A DNA stretch of 64,000 nt from NCBI GenBank assembly GCA_965214705.1, contig CBDCCI010000002.1:2176001-2240000 (forward strand), in the 5' to 3' direction. The position numbers and the translations under genes are program-made. The notes beneath the pieces were generated by a model that had not been told where the DNA came from, did no database searches, and saw only the letters and a program-made list of their open reading frames with translations. Shown piece after piece: positions 19,730-28,887 of the stretch. This stretch comes from Alphaproteobacteria bacterium (GTDB lineage: Bacteria > Pseudomonadota > Alphaproteobacteria > UBA828). The first letter of the stretch is position 1; each line of letters starts with the position of its first letter.

Positions 19730-20482
19730 GACGGCCGCTCGCTTCGGCCCCGCGCAACGGCGCCAAAGCGCCGACGCACGACCGAACCTGTCTCCGCTTG
19801 AGCCGGGCTGACAGCCCTCGGCTCACACCCCGCTCAGTCCTCGCAGCGTGCGCCCGCATGCCTGCCGAAAGACCGGCGCGAGCGTCGATTTTATGCGCAA
19901 CTCTGCTGCCGGTGGATGCCGCCTGACGCTGACATCAGCGCACTTTCCACATAGCTCAACTTCGCCTCTCGTGGCCCGCGGCTTCGTTCAAAAGGGTTGG
20001 GCAGGCTCTCGAGAGAGAGCCTGCCCAACCCTTAACCTTCTGCGACCAGTCGAGGAAGGGACGGTTCAGGGTCGGCCGCAGGCCATCCCGGAAACGGGTC
20101 AACCGCACTCTGCGGGGGATCGCGGAAAGGCTGCGCAAGCGCTGGCACGACAACCGGCACGAGACAGCGAAGTGGCTGGGAAGGGTCATCGACGGCTGGC
20201 TCAACTACTACGGCGTACCCGGGAGCGGCCGCTATCTGGTGCGGTTCGTGCACCAATGCAAACGGCTGCTCATGCGTGCCCTGCGGCGAAGGTCCCAACG
20301 GGACCGCACCGCGTGGGAGGATATCAATCCCCTCACTGCTGCCCACTGGCCCAAGGCCAGCATCCGTCATCCGTGGCCGAACCAGCGGCTTGTCGTCAGG
20401 ACCTGAGGGAGGAGCCGGATGCGAACAGCGCCCGTCCGGATCTGTGCGGGGGGACCGGGGCAACCCGGTTCCCTACCGCGAT

Positions 20483-20487
20483 ATGTT
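20483..20487 (+). repeat. Right copy of the ATGTT direct repeat
   Basis: Immediately follows the 3' end of intron A2; matches 9418-9422. Confidence 0.75.
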
Positions 20488-20673
20488 ACAGCGTAATCTC
20501 TTGGGAACACCATGAGATTTCATGGGAATTTCATCACCTAATAGTCTTGATTCTAGAGGGAAAACCGGCCCGACCTTCCATGCCACGTGTGCGACTCGGG
20601 GCGCGGTGGAGACGGGGCAACTGGTCGACTACCATTGGGGTCGAACGGGAAAGCCTCGGGGAGGGCCGGTGCC

Positions 20674-21849
20674 ATGCGTTACAGCGACTCTAGGATCCTC
20701 ACCACGCACGCCGGCAGCCTGGCGCGGAACCCGGAGCTTAGCGCCCTGCTGATCCGGCAGGACCACGGCAAGCCGGTCGACCCTGCGGCGCTCGACGCTG
20801 CGATTCGCGCGCGCACCCGGCACGTCGTCGCGCGCCAGCTTGAGAGCGGCATCGACATCGGCGGGGACGGCGAGCAGGCCCGCGCCGGCTATTCGACCTA
20901 TCCGGCCCAGCGCATGAGCGGCTTCGGCGGGAGCTCCAGCCGCAACGACCTGCTCGACTTCGAGAAGTTCCCCCTCTACGCCGAGGCCTACCGCGAGGCC
21001 TTTCGCACCAACCCGGAGGAACGCACGCGCATCGTCAACGCGCCGCAGGCGGTGGCCGAGGTGAGCTACGACTCGGCCTGCGCCGGCGTGCGCGCGGAGT
21101 GCGATGCCTTCGATGATGCGCTCGCTGGGCAGGAAGCGGGCTTCGCCGAGACCTTCGTGACCGCCGCCTCCCCAGGCTGCGTGCTGACCATCATGCACAA
21201 TGCCCACTATGCGTCGGACCGTGACTACCTCTTCGCGCTCGCACGGGAGCTGAAGACGGAATACGAGTTCATCGTCTCGCGCGGCCACCTGCTGCAGATC
21301 GACGCGCCGGACCTCGCCATGGAGCGCTATCTATACTTCCGCGATGCGCCGGATGCCGCCTTCCTCGCCAGCGTGGAAGACCACATCGAGGCGCTCAACA
21401 TGGCGCTCGCCGATGTGCCGCGCGAGCGTGTGCGTCTGCACGTGTGCTGGGGTACCTGGGACGGGCCGCATGCCGACGACACGCCGCTCGCGCCCCTCCT
21501 GCCCCGCCTCTACGAGGCCAAGGTGGGCGCGCTCAACATCCCCTTCGCCAATCCCGGCCACCAGCACGAGTACGAGACGGTGCGCAGGAACCCGCCGCCC
21601 GAGTCGATGGTGCTGATCCCCGGCGTGATCGACAACATGACCAAGCACCTGGAGCATCCGGAGGTCGTGGCCGAGCGCATCCAGCGCGCGGTGGACGCGG
21701 TAGGAGAGCGCGAACGCGTGATCGCGGGCGTGGACTGCGGCTTCGCCGTCTTCACCGACAACGCGATGATGACCGAGGACATCTGCTGGGCGAAGTTCCG
21801 CGCGCTGCGCGCCGGTGCGGATCTCGCCAGCAGCCGACTGTGGGGTTAG
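20674..21849 (+). CDS. Cobalamin-independent methionine synthase II family protein
   Basis: ILTTHAGSL, LLQIDAPDL, LHVCWG, PGVID, DCGF motifs. Confidence 0.85.
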   Translation: MRYSDSRILTTHAGSLARNPELSALLIRQDHGKPVDPAALDAAIRARTRHVVARQLESGIDIGGDGEQARAGYSTYPAQRMSGFGGSSSRNDLLDFEKFPLYAEAYREAFRTNPEERTRIVNAPQAVAEVSYDSACAGVRAECDAFDDALAGQEAGFAETFVTAASPGCVLTIMHNAHYASDRDYLFALARELKTEYEFIVSRGHLLQIDAPDLAMERYLYFRDAPDAAFLASVEDHIEALNMALADVPRERVRLHVCWGTWDGPHADDTPLAPLLPRLYEAKVGALNIPFANPGHQHEYETVRRNPPPESMVLIPGVIDNMTKHLEHPEVVAERIQRAVDAVGERERVIAGVDCGFAVFTDNAMMTEDICWAKFRALRAGADLASSRLWG

Positions 21850-21866
21850 GGCGCGGGTCCGGCGGG

Positions 21867-22802
21867 TCAGGCCGAGGCGAGCGCGTCCTTGAGCGCCTCT
21901 TCGTGGTCGAGGCCGAGGATCCAGGCCTCTTCGGTCTCGATGATGCGGCGTTCTTCAGCGGTAAGGCATGGAGCGCCGGCGAAGAGGGGCGCGAGCCCGC
22001 CCAGCGCATCCAGCCGAGCGAAGGCCTCCGCATTCACCCGCACCTGGGCGCTGTCGAGGATTTCGTCCCCATGCCTGCGCGTGCGGATCTGGTCTCGGAG
22101 AAGCGAGGGGTAGACCTCGGCAATCACCGCAGGTGCGTCGGGCGTTTGCAAGCCGATCTGGAAGGGCCAGATTGCCGTGCGGCCCGCGATGCGCGGGTCC
22201 TCGACCAAGCGCTTGAGCGCTGGCAGTCCCAGCAGCATTTGCGAGCCGACGGAGCCGGCATACGCCAACTGCCAGACCGTCTTGGCGCCGCTGGCGCGGA
22301 TGTCGCAGATGCGACGCTCCGGCGGGTGTGCCTTCTGCTCCGTGCGCGCGGATGCCCGCACCGGAATCGTCGGGTAATCCCAGGTGCCAGGACGGCCCCA
22401 GAACGGGCCAACACCTGGATAAGCCGCATTGATGGCGGCCGCCACGTCGTAGAGATTGTTGTCGTTGTCCGGCGCGTCCTTGATTTGCACCGCGAGCCAG
22501 TCCCACAAGGCCAGGGCAGATGCCTTGCCGGTCAGATGTTCGGCGACGCCCGCCGGATAGCCGAAGGGAAAGTCGAAGCCCACGAGTACCCGCCGGCCGG
22601 TATCCAGCTCGTCCGCGATCAAGCGGCCAAGTCGGTCCAGTGCCCTGTACCGGGTGCAAGCGTATTCCGGTGCCTCTACGACGACCTTGCCGCTGTCGTT
22701 TCGGGTAACGGCCCACCAGATCGAGTCCTTCGTAGGATTCTTGGGACCCGGCTTCGACCGCGCCGACCAGTCGACGACGACGTGGGTTTGGAAGTGCGGC
22801 AT
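21867..22802 (-). CDS. Conserved hypothetical protein (DUF429-like, RNase H-like fold)
   Basis: VVDWSA, GFDFPFGYP, GSVGSQ, WPF, AEVYPS, EEAWIL motifs. Confidence 0.6.
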   Translation of the reverse strand: MPHFQTHVVVDWSARSKPGPKNPTKDSIWWAVTRNDSGKVVVEAPEYACTRYRALDRLGRLIADELDTGRRVLVGFDFPFGYPAGVAEHLTGKASALALWDWLAVQIKDAPDNDNNLYDVAAAINAAYPGVGPFWGRPGTWDYPTIPVRASARTEQKAHPPERRICDIRASGAKTVWQLAYAGSVGSQMLLGLPALKRLVEDPRIAGRTAIWPFQIGLQTPDAPAVIAEVYPSLLRDQIRTRRHGDEILDSAQVRVNAEAFARLDALGGLAPLFAGAPCLTAEERRIIETEEAWILGLDHEEALKDALASA

Positions 22803-23745
22803 TGCGGCCTCTGTTGCTTTGATTGCCGGCGACAGCGTGACAGCGGCGCGGCGGTCCGTCACCCTTGGCTCACGCCGTCAGCGGTATATGCGAGAGCGAC
22901 CCATGCACACATGCCGCCGTCTGAGAGAGTTCACGCGCGCCACATCAGTCGCCGCAGCGTTCGTCGTCTTGTTGGGCGCGGCTGCCCCCGCCGTTCTGGC
23001 CGCGCCGCTTTCCCTCACCCTCGTTCACGTGAACGACTGGGACCAGATGGCGGGGATCGACGGCGCAGGCGGCGCCGCGAAGATCGCGACCGTGGTCGCC
23101 GAAGAACGTGCGCGGGCGGAGGCCGAGAGCGGTCTGGCGGTGGTGACCTTCGGCGGCGACATGATCTCGCCCTCCGTGCTCTCCGGGATCGACAAGGGCG
23201 CGCACATGATCGACCTCGCCAACGCCGTCGGCTTCAACGTGGCGGTCCTCGGCAACCACGAATTCGATTTCGGCCCGGACGTGCTGCGGGAGCGGCTCGC
23301 GGAGTCGGAAACGGTCTGGCTCGCGAGCAATGTGACGATCGCGGGCGGTGGCTTCCCCGGCACCACGGCCACGACGGTGGTGGAGAGGGACGGCTACCGA
23401 ATCGGCTTCCTCGGCCTGGTCACGACGGAGACCCCGGTGATTTCGAGTCCCGGCCCCGACGTCGCCTTCGCACCGGTGGCGGAGGCGGGCGCCGCGCTGG
23501 CCGAAGAGTTGAGGGCGGAGGGCGCGGACATCGTGGTCGCGCTAACCCATCAGGGGCTTGGCGCGGACCTGGAGCTGCTACGCCAAGTCAAGGGAATCGA
23601 CGTGGTGCTCGGCGGCCACGATCATCTCCTCCTCGCCCACCATGACGGCCGCCGGGCGGTGATGAAGGCGGGTTCCCAAGGACGCCACGTGGGCGTTCTG
23701 ACCCTCATGATCGACCGCATCGAGGGGCGCGGCGGAGTACCCAAG

Positions 23746-25905
23746 CCCAAGTTGGCACTTTTTCCGACCAGCCGAGCCTGTTCGAGCCAGTTTTGCGGCG
23801 CTGAACCACTAGATGTTGGGGTTGGAGGACACCTGAGACCCACATTTGCCATTCGTGGTCCTGGAAGCCAATTGTGGGGCCAGGACTTTGGAGTTGAGTC
23901 GATATCCCTCTTGCCAGATGCCGCGAACGCCGTGTATGCGAAACAGGCATCGCAGAAACGGCGCCGCCATGTACATCAAGGCAACCAGGACACACACCGA
24001 CAAGGCCGGCCAGCCGGTCCGAAGCCATCGCCTCGTGCTCGCCCAGCGCGTCGGCGACAAGGTGCGCCACAGGACGCTGCTCAATCTCGGCACCGACTAT
24101 CCGGTGCCGCGCGAGAAGTGGAAGGCCGTCACCGAACTCGCCGAGGCGCTGCTTCACGGCAAGCCGCCGCTGTTCGAGGGCGAGGCGGATGTGCGGGCCG
24201 CAGCCGAGGACATCGTCGCCAAGCTCAGGGCCAGGGGGTTCCGCGTCGAGGCGATGCAGGAAGAGGCGCGCAAGCCCGACATCGCCACCGTCGACCTCGA
24301 TACCCTGGAGCACGAGAACCCGCGCACGGTCGGCTGCGAGCGCCTGTGCCTCAAGGCCCTCGACGCCCTCGGCTTCGCCGAAATCCTCCACGGCCTCGAC
24401 ATCAAGGGCCGCGACGGGCGCATCGCCAGCGCGCTGATCGTCGCCAGGATGGTCCATCCCGCCAGCGAGCGTGATACCAGCCGCTGGCTCCGCCACGACA
24501 GCGCGGCCGCCGAGCTCCTGGGCCTGGAGGGCGACCGCAAGGCGCTGCGGCGCAAGACGCTCTACCGCATCGGCGACCTGCTCTGGCGCCACCGCGCCGC
24601 CATCCAGCGGGAGCTGTTCAACCGTGAGCGCGCACTGCTCGACCTGCCCGAGACGATCGCCTTCTACGATCTCACCAACGTCCACTACCACGGCCACACG
24701 GGCGGCGAGCTTCCCAGGTTCGGGCGCTCCAAGCAGAAGCGCGACGACTGTCCCCTCATCACGCTGGCGCTGGCGCTCGACGGCGCGGGCTTCCCGCGCA
24801 GTTGCGAGATCCTGCCGGGCAACGTGAGCGAGCCGGGCACGCTGCACGAGGCGCTGGCGCGGCTCGAGGCGGTGTGCGGCGGCACGGCGCCGAAGCCCAC
24901 GGTGGTCATGGACGCGGGCATCGCCACCGAGAAAAACATCGCGTGGCTGGGCGAGCAGGGCTACGACTGGATCGCGGTCAGCCGCGGTGCCAGGCCTGCG
25001 CCGCCCGAGGGCGGACCCGAGGCCCTGCTGATCACCAGCGCGCGCCACGAGGTGCGGGCCTGGCGGCTTGCCAGCGAGGACGGCGAGGCGCGGCTCTACG
25101 TCGTCAGCGAGGGCAAGAAGAAGGCCGAGAACGCGATCATCGGCCTGAGGCGGAACCGCTTCGAGGCGGCGCTGGAAAGGCTCCACGGCGGCCTTGCGGT
25201 CAAGGGCCGCCTCAAGCGCTACGACAAGGTGCTGGAGAGCATAGGCCGCCTCAAGCAGCGCTTCTCCGCCGTCGCCAGGCACTACGAGATCACGGTCGAG
25301 AGGGCGAAAACCGGCCCCAATGCCACCGCCGTGCGCTTCAAGCGCAGGCCGCGATACGACGAGGCCGATGAGGGCGCCGGTGCCTATGTGCTGCGCACCA
25401 GCCACGTCGACTGGGACATCGAGACGGTCCTGCGGACGTACTGGCGGATCACGGATATCGAGGCGACATTCCGGAGCCTGAAATCCGAGCTCGGCCTTCG
25501 CCCGATCTGGCACCAGCTCGACCGGCGCATCGCGGCCCACCTGCTGATCGCCGTGCTGGCCTACCACGCCGTGCATCTGATCCGTACCCGGCTGGCCGCG
25601 CGCGGCATCCACAAGTGCTGGGCGTCGATCCGCGAGAGCATGCGGACCTGGGTGCGGATCACCACGCGCCTGCGCCAGACCGACGGCACCTTGATCGTCA
25701 ACCGCCAGGACACGCGCCCGGCCGCCGAGGTTGCCGCAATCTCCTCGGCGGCGGGCGTGGACCCCGCCATCCACCGCACGAGGACCCGTCTGATGAGCTG
25801 ACAGAATCTCACAAAATGTGGGGCCATGTTGGAATCGACCGAGAAAAATATCGCGTTGAATCAAACCAATAGGGAACACAGGCAGCGGAAAAGTGCCAAC
25901 TTGGG
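23746..25905 (+). mobile_element. IS1634-family element, copy 1 (2160 bp)
   Basis: IRs CCCAAGTTGGCACTTTT / AAAAGTGCCAACTTGGG; 4-bp TSD CAAG (23742-23745; 25906-25909). Confidence 0.92.
23969..25801 (+). CDS. IS1634-family transposase
   Basis: RTLLNLG, FYDLTN, FGRSKQKRDD, VMDAGI, IEATFRSLKSELGLRPIWH. Confidence 0.92.
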   Translation: MYIKATRTHTDKAGQPVRSHRLVLAQRVGDKVRHRTLLNLGTDYPVPREKWKAVTELAEALLHGKPPLFEGEADVRAAAEDIVAKLRARGFRVEAMQEEARKPDIATVDLDTLEHENPRTVGCERLCLKALDALGFAEILHGLDIKGRDGRIASALIVARMVHPASERDTSRWLRHDSAAAELLGLEGDRKALRRKTLYRIGDLLWRHRAAIQRELFNRERALLDLPETIAFYDLTNVHYHGHTGGELPRFGRSKQKRDDCPLITLALALDGAGFPRSCEILPGNVSEPGTLHEALARLEAVCGGTAPKPTVVMDAGIATEKNIAWLGEQGYDWIAVSRGARPAPPEGGPEALLITSARHEVRAWRLASEDGEARLYVVSEGKKKAENAIIGLRRNRFEAALERLHGGLAVKGRLKRYDKVLESIGRLKQRFSAVARHYEITVERAKTGPNATAVRFKRRPRYDEADEGAGAYVLRTSHVDWDIETVLRTYWRITDIEATFRSLKSELGLRPIWHQLDRRIAAHLLIAVLAYHAVHLIRTRLAARGIHKCWASIRESMRTWVRITTRLRQTDGTLIVNRQDTRPAAEVAAISSAAGVDPAIHRTRTRLMS

Positions 25906-26637
25906 CAAGGTGATCTGGACCCCGGAGTTCCGCCTCCGCTCGACTGCTGACACCGAAGGCGATGCCAAACTCGCCGCCAAGGTTCGCGACTATCAAGCAA
26001 ACCTCGACGAGACCCTGGACGTGGTGATCGGCGAGACCGCGGTGGAGCTCAGCACCCGCGGCTTCCAGCACGGATCGGCCGAGACCGCCTTCGGCAATCT
26101 GCTGGCAGACGCCATGCGCGAGGCGACCGGCGCCGACATCGCGCTCACCAACGGTGGCGGCATTCGCGGCGACACGGTCTATCCGCCCGGCACCAGACTC
26201 ACCCGCAAGATGGTGCTGACCGAGCTTCCCTTCGGCAACAAGACCGTGGTGCTTCGCCTGACCGGCGCCCAGGTGCAGGAGGCACTGGAGAACGGCGTAA
26301 GCCGGGCCGAGAACCCCTCGGGCCGGTTCCCGCAGGTCTCTGGCTTTGCCTTCACCTTCGATGCGCGCAGGCCACCGGGCGAACGGGTGACGAGCGTCAC
26401 GGTGGGCGGTGTGCCGCTGGAGGACGGCAAGACCTACACGCTCGCCACCAACAGCTTCCTCGCGAACGGCGGCGACGACTATCGCGTGTTCAAGGTCGGC
26501 GAGGTGTTGATCGATTCTGCGTCCGGCGAGCTCATGGCGGGGCAGCTCATCGACCACATCATCGCGGCCGGCAGTGTCGCGCCGAAGATCGAAGGGCGGA
26601 TTACCCGCGAGGACTGACGCGCATCGCGATTGCACGA

Positions 26638-28797
26638 CCCAAGTTGGCACTTTTTCCGGTTGCTCAATGCCGGTCTGCCCATATTTTGCGGACCGAAGTA
26701 CCACATATTGGGGTAGCTCCGAGATGATGCCACTATATGTGTAATTGAGGCGCTGGAAGCGCGTTGTAGTGCCAGGAGTTGTTAGGTATTGACGATTTTC
26801 CCTTGACCCCAGACCCCAAGCCGACAAATCTTGGCCCCTCGCAACAATCTCGCGACGGGCGACATGTTCATCAGGGCAACCAAGACCCACACCACCGACG
26901 GCAAGCCCGTCCGAAGCCATCGCCTCGTGCTCTCCCAGCGCATCGGCGACAAGGTCAGGCAGCGCACGCTCCTCAACCTCGGCACCGACTATCCGGTGCC
27001 GAAGGAGAAATGGCGCGAAGTGGCCGAACTCGCCGAGGCGCTGCTGCACGGCCGCCCGCCGCTGCTCCAAGCCGTCCCGGACGTGCAGGCCGCAGCCGAG
27101 GACATCGTCGCCAAGCTCAGGGCCAGGGGGTTCCGCGTCGAGGCGATGCAGGAAGAGGCGCGCAAGCCCGAGATCGCCACCGTCGACCTCGATACCCTGG
27201 AGCACGAGAACCCGCGCACCGTCGGCTGCGAGCGCCTGTGCCTCAAGGCCCTCGACGACCTTGGCTTCGCCGACATCCTCCACGGCCTTGGCATCAAAGG
27301 CCGAGACGGGCGCATCGCGAGCGCGCTGATCGTCGCCAGGATGGTCCATCCCGCCAGCGAGCGTGATACCAGCCGCTGGCTCCGCCACGACAGCGCGGCC
27401 GCCGAGCTCCTGGGCCTGGAGGGCGACCGCAAGGCGCTGCGGCGCAAGACGCTCTACCGCATCGGCGACCTGCTCTGGCGCCACCGGGCCGCCATCCAGA
27501 GGGAACTGTTCAACCGTGAGCGCGCGCTGCTCGACCTGCCCGAGACGATCGCCTTCTACGATCTCACCAACGTCCACTACCACGGCCACACGGGCGGCGA
27601 GCTTCCCAGGTTCGGGCGCTCCAAGCAGAAGCGCGACGACTGTCCCCTCATCACGCTGGCGCTGGCGCTCGACGGCGCGGGCTTCCCGCGCAGTTGCGAG
27701 ATCCTGCCGGGCAACGTGAGCGAGCCGGGCACGCTGCACGAGGCGCTGGCGCGGCTCGAGGCGGTGTGCGGCGGCACGGCGGCGAAGCCCACGGTGGTCA
27801 TGGATGCGGGCATCGCCACCGAGGAAAACATCGTCTGGCTGGGCGAGCAGGGCTACGACTGGATCGCGGTCAGCCGCGGTGCCAGGCCTGCGCCGCCCGA
27901 GGGCGGACCCGAGGCCCTGCTGATCACCAGCGCGCGCCACGAGGTGCGGGCCTGGCGGCTTGCCAGCGAGGACGGCGAGGCGCGGCTCTACGTCGTCAGC
28001 GAGGGCAAGAAGAAGGCCGAGAACGCGATCATCGGCCTGAGGCGGAACCGCTTCGAGGCGGCGCTGGAAAGGCTCCACAGCGGCCTCCCGGTCAAGCGCC
28101 GCCTCAAGCGCTACGACAAGGTGCTGGAGAGCATAGGCCGCCTCAAGCAGCGCTTCTCCGCCGTCGCCAGGCACTACGAGATCACGGTCGAGAAGGCGAA
28201 AACCGGCCCCAATGCCACCGCCGTGCGCTTCAAGCGCAGGCCGCGATACGACGAGGCCGATGAGGGCGCCGGCGCCTATGTGCTGCGCACCAGCCACGTC
28301 GACTGGGATATCGAGACGGTCCTGCGGACGTACTGGCGGATCACGGATATCGAGGCGACATTCAAGAGCCTAAAATCCGAGCTCGGCCTTCGCCCGATCT
28401 GGCACCAGCTCGACCGGCGCATCGCGGCCCACCTGCTGATCGCCGTGCTGGCCTACCACGCCGTGCATCTGATCCGTACCCGGCTGGCCGCGCGCGGCAT
28501 CCACAAGTGCTGGGCATCGATCCGCGAGAGCATGCGGACCTGGGTGCGGATCACCACGCGCCTGCGCCAGACCGACGGCACGTTGATCGTCAATCGACAG
28601 GACACGCGCCCGGCCGCTGAGGTAGCCGCAATCTCCTCGGCGGCGGGCGTGGAACCCGCCATCCACCGCACGAGGACCCGCCTGCCGAACTGACAGAATC
28701 CAACAAAATGTAGTGCCATGTTGGAATCGGCCGAGAGAAATATCGCGTTACATCAACATGATAAAGGACATGGGTAGGACAAAAGTGCCAACCTGGG
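26638..28797 (+). mobile_element. IS1634-family element, copy 2 (2160 bp)
   Basis: Same IRs; TSD ACGA (26634-26637; 28798-28801). Intergenic between the nucleotidase and nucleosidase genes. Confidence 0.92.
26864..28693 (+). CDS. IS1634-family transposase
   Basis: Near-identical core to 23969-25801; protein identical to 38430-40259. Confidence 0.92.
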   Translation: MFIRATKTHTTDGKPVRSHRLVLSQRIGDKVRQRTLLNLGTDYPVPKEKWREVAELAEALLHGRPPLLQAVPDVQAAAEDIVAKLRARGFRVEAMQEEARKPEIATVDLDTLEHENPRTVGCERLCLKALDDLGFADILHGLGIKGRDGRIASALIVARMVHPASERDTSRWLRHDSAAAELLGLEGDRKALRRKTLYRIGDLLWRHRAAIQRELFNRERALLDLPETIAFYDLTNVHYHGHTGGELPRFGRSKQKRDDCPLITLALALDGAGFPRSCEILPGNVSEPGTLHEALARLEAVCGGTAAKPTVVMDAGIATEENIVWLGEQGYDWIAVSRGARPAPPEGGPEALLITSARHEVRAWRLASEDGEARLYVVSEGKKKAENAIIGLRRNRFEAALERLHSGLPVKRRLKRYDKVLESIGRLKQRFSAVARHYEITVEKAKTGPNATAVRFKRRPRYDEADEGAGAYVLRTSHVDWDIETVLRTYWRITDIEATFKSLKSELGLRPIWHQLDRRIAAHLLIAVLAYHAVHLIRTRLAARGIHKCWASIRESMRTWVRITTRLRQTDGTLIVNRQDTRPAAEVAAISSAAGVEPAIHRTRTRLPN

Positions 28798-28887
28798 ACG
28801 AGAGCATTGCGAACCGGTGGGTTTCGCACCACGCTCGTGCCACCCCAGCCTCCCGAACGGCATCCCTCCAATGAGGAGCACGCGTCG

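Larger units (their letters stand above)
17371..20036 (+). mobile_element. IS91-family (rolling-circle, HUH) element carrying a tyrosine recombinase, 2666 bp
   Basis: Absent from intron copy 1. Begins CTTG (terIS-like) and is followed by target CTTC; the boundary is ambiguous by the shared CTT. 14-bp IR TTGAACGAAGCCGC (17372-17385; 19978-19991). Terminal 19-bp hairpin at 19992-20033. Confidence 0.85.
16262..20406 (+). pseudogene. Intron A copy 2 reverse transcriptase, interrupted at FDFLGMTH|FC by the IS91-like element
   Basis: Matches the copy-1 protein up to 17370, then resumes at 20037 and ends VVRT* at 20406. Confidence 0.88.
15904..20482 (+). mobile_element. Group II intron A, copy 2 (1913 bp plus a 2666-bp IS91-like insertion)
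   Basis: GTGCG at 15904; DV/DVI ending CCCTACCGCGAT at 20482. Putative EBS2 CCTGATT at 16063-16069 and EBS1 CAGATT at 16091-16096 in a GGCT/AGCC hairpin loop. Confidence 0.93.
22903..26617 (+). pseudogene. Secreted bifunctional metallophosphatase/5'-nucleotidase interrupted by IS1634 copy 1
   Basis: HVND, GGD, GNHEFDFG, GGHDH in the 5' part; ETAFGNLLADAM, NGGGIRG, LPFGN, FPQVSG in the 3' part. Removing the IS and one CAAG restores GGVPK|VIWTPE. Confidence 0.9.

Noticed and set aside
9423-20482. Inverted duplication as an assembly artefact
   Set aside because: The copies carry different, precisely bounded nested elements, have different 3' exons, and are enclosed by a direct repeat. Long-read confirmation is still advisable.
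22654-24474. 606-aa ORF as an intact protein
   Set aside because: It is the nucleotidase N-terminus reading into IS1634 sequence.
23705-28297. 1530-aa minus-strand ORF and other long antisense ORFs (e.g. 55369-58701, 50343-52514, 60864-62828)
   Set aside because: Shadow frames of GC-rich genes and repeated transposases, with no recognisable motifs.
23746-28797. IS1634 copies 1 and 2 as a composite transposon
   Set aside because: Each has its own distinct TSD, showing independent insertions.
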